DNA of 64,000 bases from contig JBLMYQ010000068.1 in NCBI GenBank assembly GCA_050258375.1, forward strand, positions 27,913 through 91,912. Direction: 5' to 3'. The position numbers and the translations under genes were made by a program. The stretch is from Deltaproteobacteria bacterium. Lineage in GTDB: Bacteria; Bacillota; Clostridia; Acetivibrionales; UBA4821. Below the pieces are notes generated by a model, which ran no database searches, was not told where the DNA came from, and worked only from the letters and a program-made list of their open reading frames with translations. Numbering within the stretch: position 1 is the stretch's first letter; each line of letters opens with the position of its first letter. Of this stretch, positions 62,994 to 64,000 are shown in pieces.

Positions 62994-64000
62994 TTAAGCC
63001 GGCTGTAAAAACACTTCAGATTTAGGTGCTTCGATATTTTGCCCTTGTCCCAGGCAATAATAAGAAAATCCTAACTCACTTAGCTTTTCACCATCAATTA
63101 CATTTCTTAAATCCAGCACATTTTTTGTCCTCATGAGCGGATACAATTTTCCAAAGTTTGTTTTGTTGAAGCTGTCGTGATTAACAGCCATAACAATAAG
63201 GTCGCTTCCCGAGAACATATCATACTCACTTTTACATAAATACTTAAAGCTCTTAATATATGGATCCATTATTCTAATATCATAACCGCCGTCCTTTTCC
63301 AGCAAATTAATCATGTCTATTATCGGACTTTCGCGGATATCGTCAACATTAGGCTTATAAGTTATTCCCATTATTGAAATGACCTTTTTTTCTGCCTTTT
63401 TACCGACAGCTAATATAGCTTTAATTTTATCAAATACATGATGCGGCATAGAATCATTCAATTCTCTGGAACTCTTTATCAGCCTTGCCGTATCAGGGAA
63501 AGATTCAACCAGAAACCATGGGTCTACAGCAATACAATGTCCTCCAACGCCCGGTCCGGGATTATGTATGTTAACTCTTGGATGCTTATTTGCAAGATTT
63601 ATTACCTCCCACACACTTATACTGCTTTTCTCACAAACCTTTGCAAGCTCATTGGCAAATGCAATATTGACATCTCTAAACGTATTTTCAACCAGCTTTG
63701 TCATTTCAGCAGTGGTTGCATCTGTAAGGAATATTTCGCCCCTAACAAAAATCTTATACAAATCTCTAACCATTTCGGTCGATTTTCTGTTGATTCCGCC
63801 GATAATCCTGTTGTTTTCCATCATCTCAATAAGAATTTTCCCCGGAAGAACCCTTTCAGGCGAATGTGCAACAAAAAGCTCTGTTCCTATTTTCAATCCG
63901 CTTTTCTTGAGAATTGGAACCAATATGTTTTCTACTGTACCAGGAGGTGATGTTGATTCAAGAATAACAATATTCCCTTTTCTCAGATAGGGAATAATTG
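62994..64000 (-). CDS. UDP-N-acetyl-D-mannosamine dehydrogenase-like nucleotide-sugar dehydrogenase (WecC/Cap5O type), 5' end beyond the right edge
   Basis: The frame stays open from the track's TTG (63923) to the window edge: ..IIPYLRKGNIVILESTSPPGTVENILVPILKK.., then SPERVLPG, ENTFRDVNIAFANE, GPGVGGHCIAVDPWF. The N-terminal Rossmann domain lies outside the window. Confidence 0.85.
   Translation of the reverse strand, partial: IIPYLRKGNIVILESTSPPGTVENILVPILKKSGLKIGTELFVAHSPERVLPGKILIEMMENNRIIGGINRKSTEMVRDLYKIFVRGEIFLTDATTAEMTKLVENTFRDVNIAFANELAKVCEKSSISVWEVINLANKHPRVNIHNPGPGVGGHCIAVDPWFLVESFPDTARLIKSSRELNDSMPHHVFDKIKAILAVGKKAEKKVISIMGITYKPNVDDIRESPIIDMINLLEKDGGYDIRIMDPYIKSFKYLCKSEYDMFSGSDLIVMAVNHDSFNKTNFGKLYPLMRTKNVLDLRNVIDGEKLSELGFSYYCLGQGQNIEAPKSEVFLQPA

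Noticed and set aside
266-63990. All plus-strand ORFs in the track, 60-170 aa (for example 266..460, 22035..22415, 50921..51262, 56304..56600, 63438..63950, 63568..63990).
   Set aside because: Each lies antisense within a long, motif-rich minus-strand gene or, for 266..460, across an SD/terminator region. They have low-complexity or Ser/Leu/Phe/Ile-rich compositions typical of shadow ORFs in AT-rich DNA. None has a recognisable motif or SD.
63923-64000. Apparent truncation of the WecC-like dehydrogenase ORF, which the track starts at TTG 63923. I first suspected a frameshift in the ..VILESTSP.. region.
   Set aside because: Re-reading the last sequence line against track ORF 63568..63990 showed I had miscounted one base. 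The frame is continuous to the window edge (..IIPYLRKGNIVILESTSPPGTVENILVPILKK..). The gene simply runs off the window, and the ORF caller picked the first available start codon.
1-64000. Search for CRISPR arrays, tRNA/rRNA genes, IS elements, integrases, toxin-antitoxin or other defence-type genes.
   Set aside because: I saw no repeat-spacer periodicity, cloverleaf-like GC-rich islands or transposase/recombinase motifs. The window is essentially saturated by biosynthetic genes. The only GC-rich non-coding island is 57735-58085, discussed above.

Overview
This is an AT-rich (about one third G+C by eye), Firmicutes/Clostridia-like chromosomal segment. Supporting signs are spoIID, an SLH-domain wall protein, GGAGG-type Shine-Dalgarno sites and frequent TTG/GTG starts. 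Every credible gene is on the minus strand, and all plus-strand ORFs in the track look like antisense shadows. I found no tRNA/rRNA genes, CRISPR arrays, transposases or integrases.

About 55 kb (2997-57658) is one unidirectional glycan-biosynthesis super-locus:
- Downstream unit (18166 to 2997): dTDP-L-rhamnose genes (rfbABCD), the GDP-D-glycero-alpha-D-manno-heptose pathway (gmhA/hddA/gmhB/hddC), GT2 enzymes, a large polytopic membrane protein, a WbaP-type priming transferase, and an 1125-aa fusion of kinase-like, coiled-coil, GT2 and GT4 domains.
- Upstream unit (57658 to 18338): a WbpA/B/D/E/I-like UDP-2,3-diacetamido-uronic acid pathway, three SDR epimerase/dehydratase homologs, four AsnB-type amidotransferase paralogs, and a dense tailoring cassette (WbqC, GNAT, two CE4/WbmS-like proteins, methyltransferase, formyltransferase, FemAB-like protein, two DegT aminotransferases). 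It also holds CgeB-like glycosyltransferases, one wzm with two tandem wzt genes, an embedded glycerol-3-phosphate-dehydrogenase-like trio, and a membrane-anchored transglutaminase-like protein.
- Flanks: galU and a phosphohexomutase on the left; a DUF3794/LysM protein, spoIID, an SLH protein and a partial WecC-like dehydrogenase on the right.

The most unusual items:
- the polymerase/ruler/terminator-like fusion protein;
- the two wzt genes with one wzm, one wzt lacking a canonical start codon;
- the fourfold AsnB expansion beside a transglutaminase-like ectoprotein and the glp-like trio;
- two copies of a 28-nt heptamer-repeat block inside rfbB;
- a GC-rich, multi-hairpin ~350-nt region upstream of the locus.

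All functional calls come from motif recognition by eye. No database search was run.
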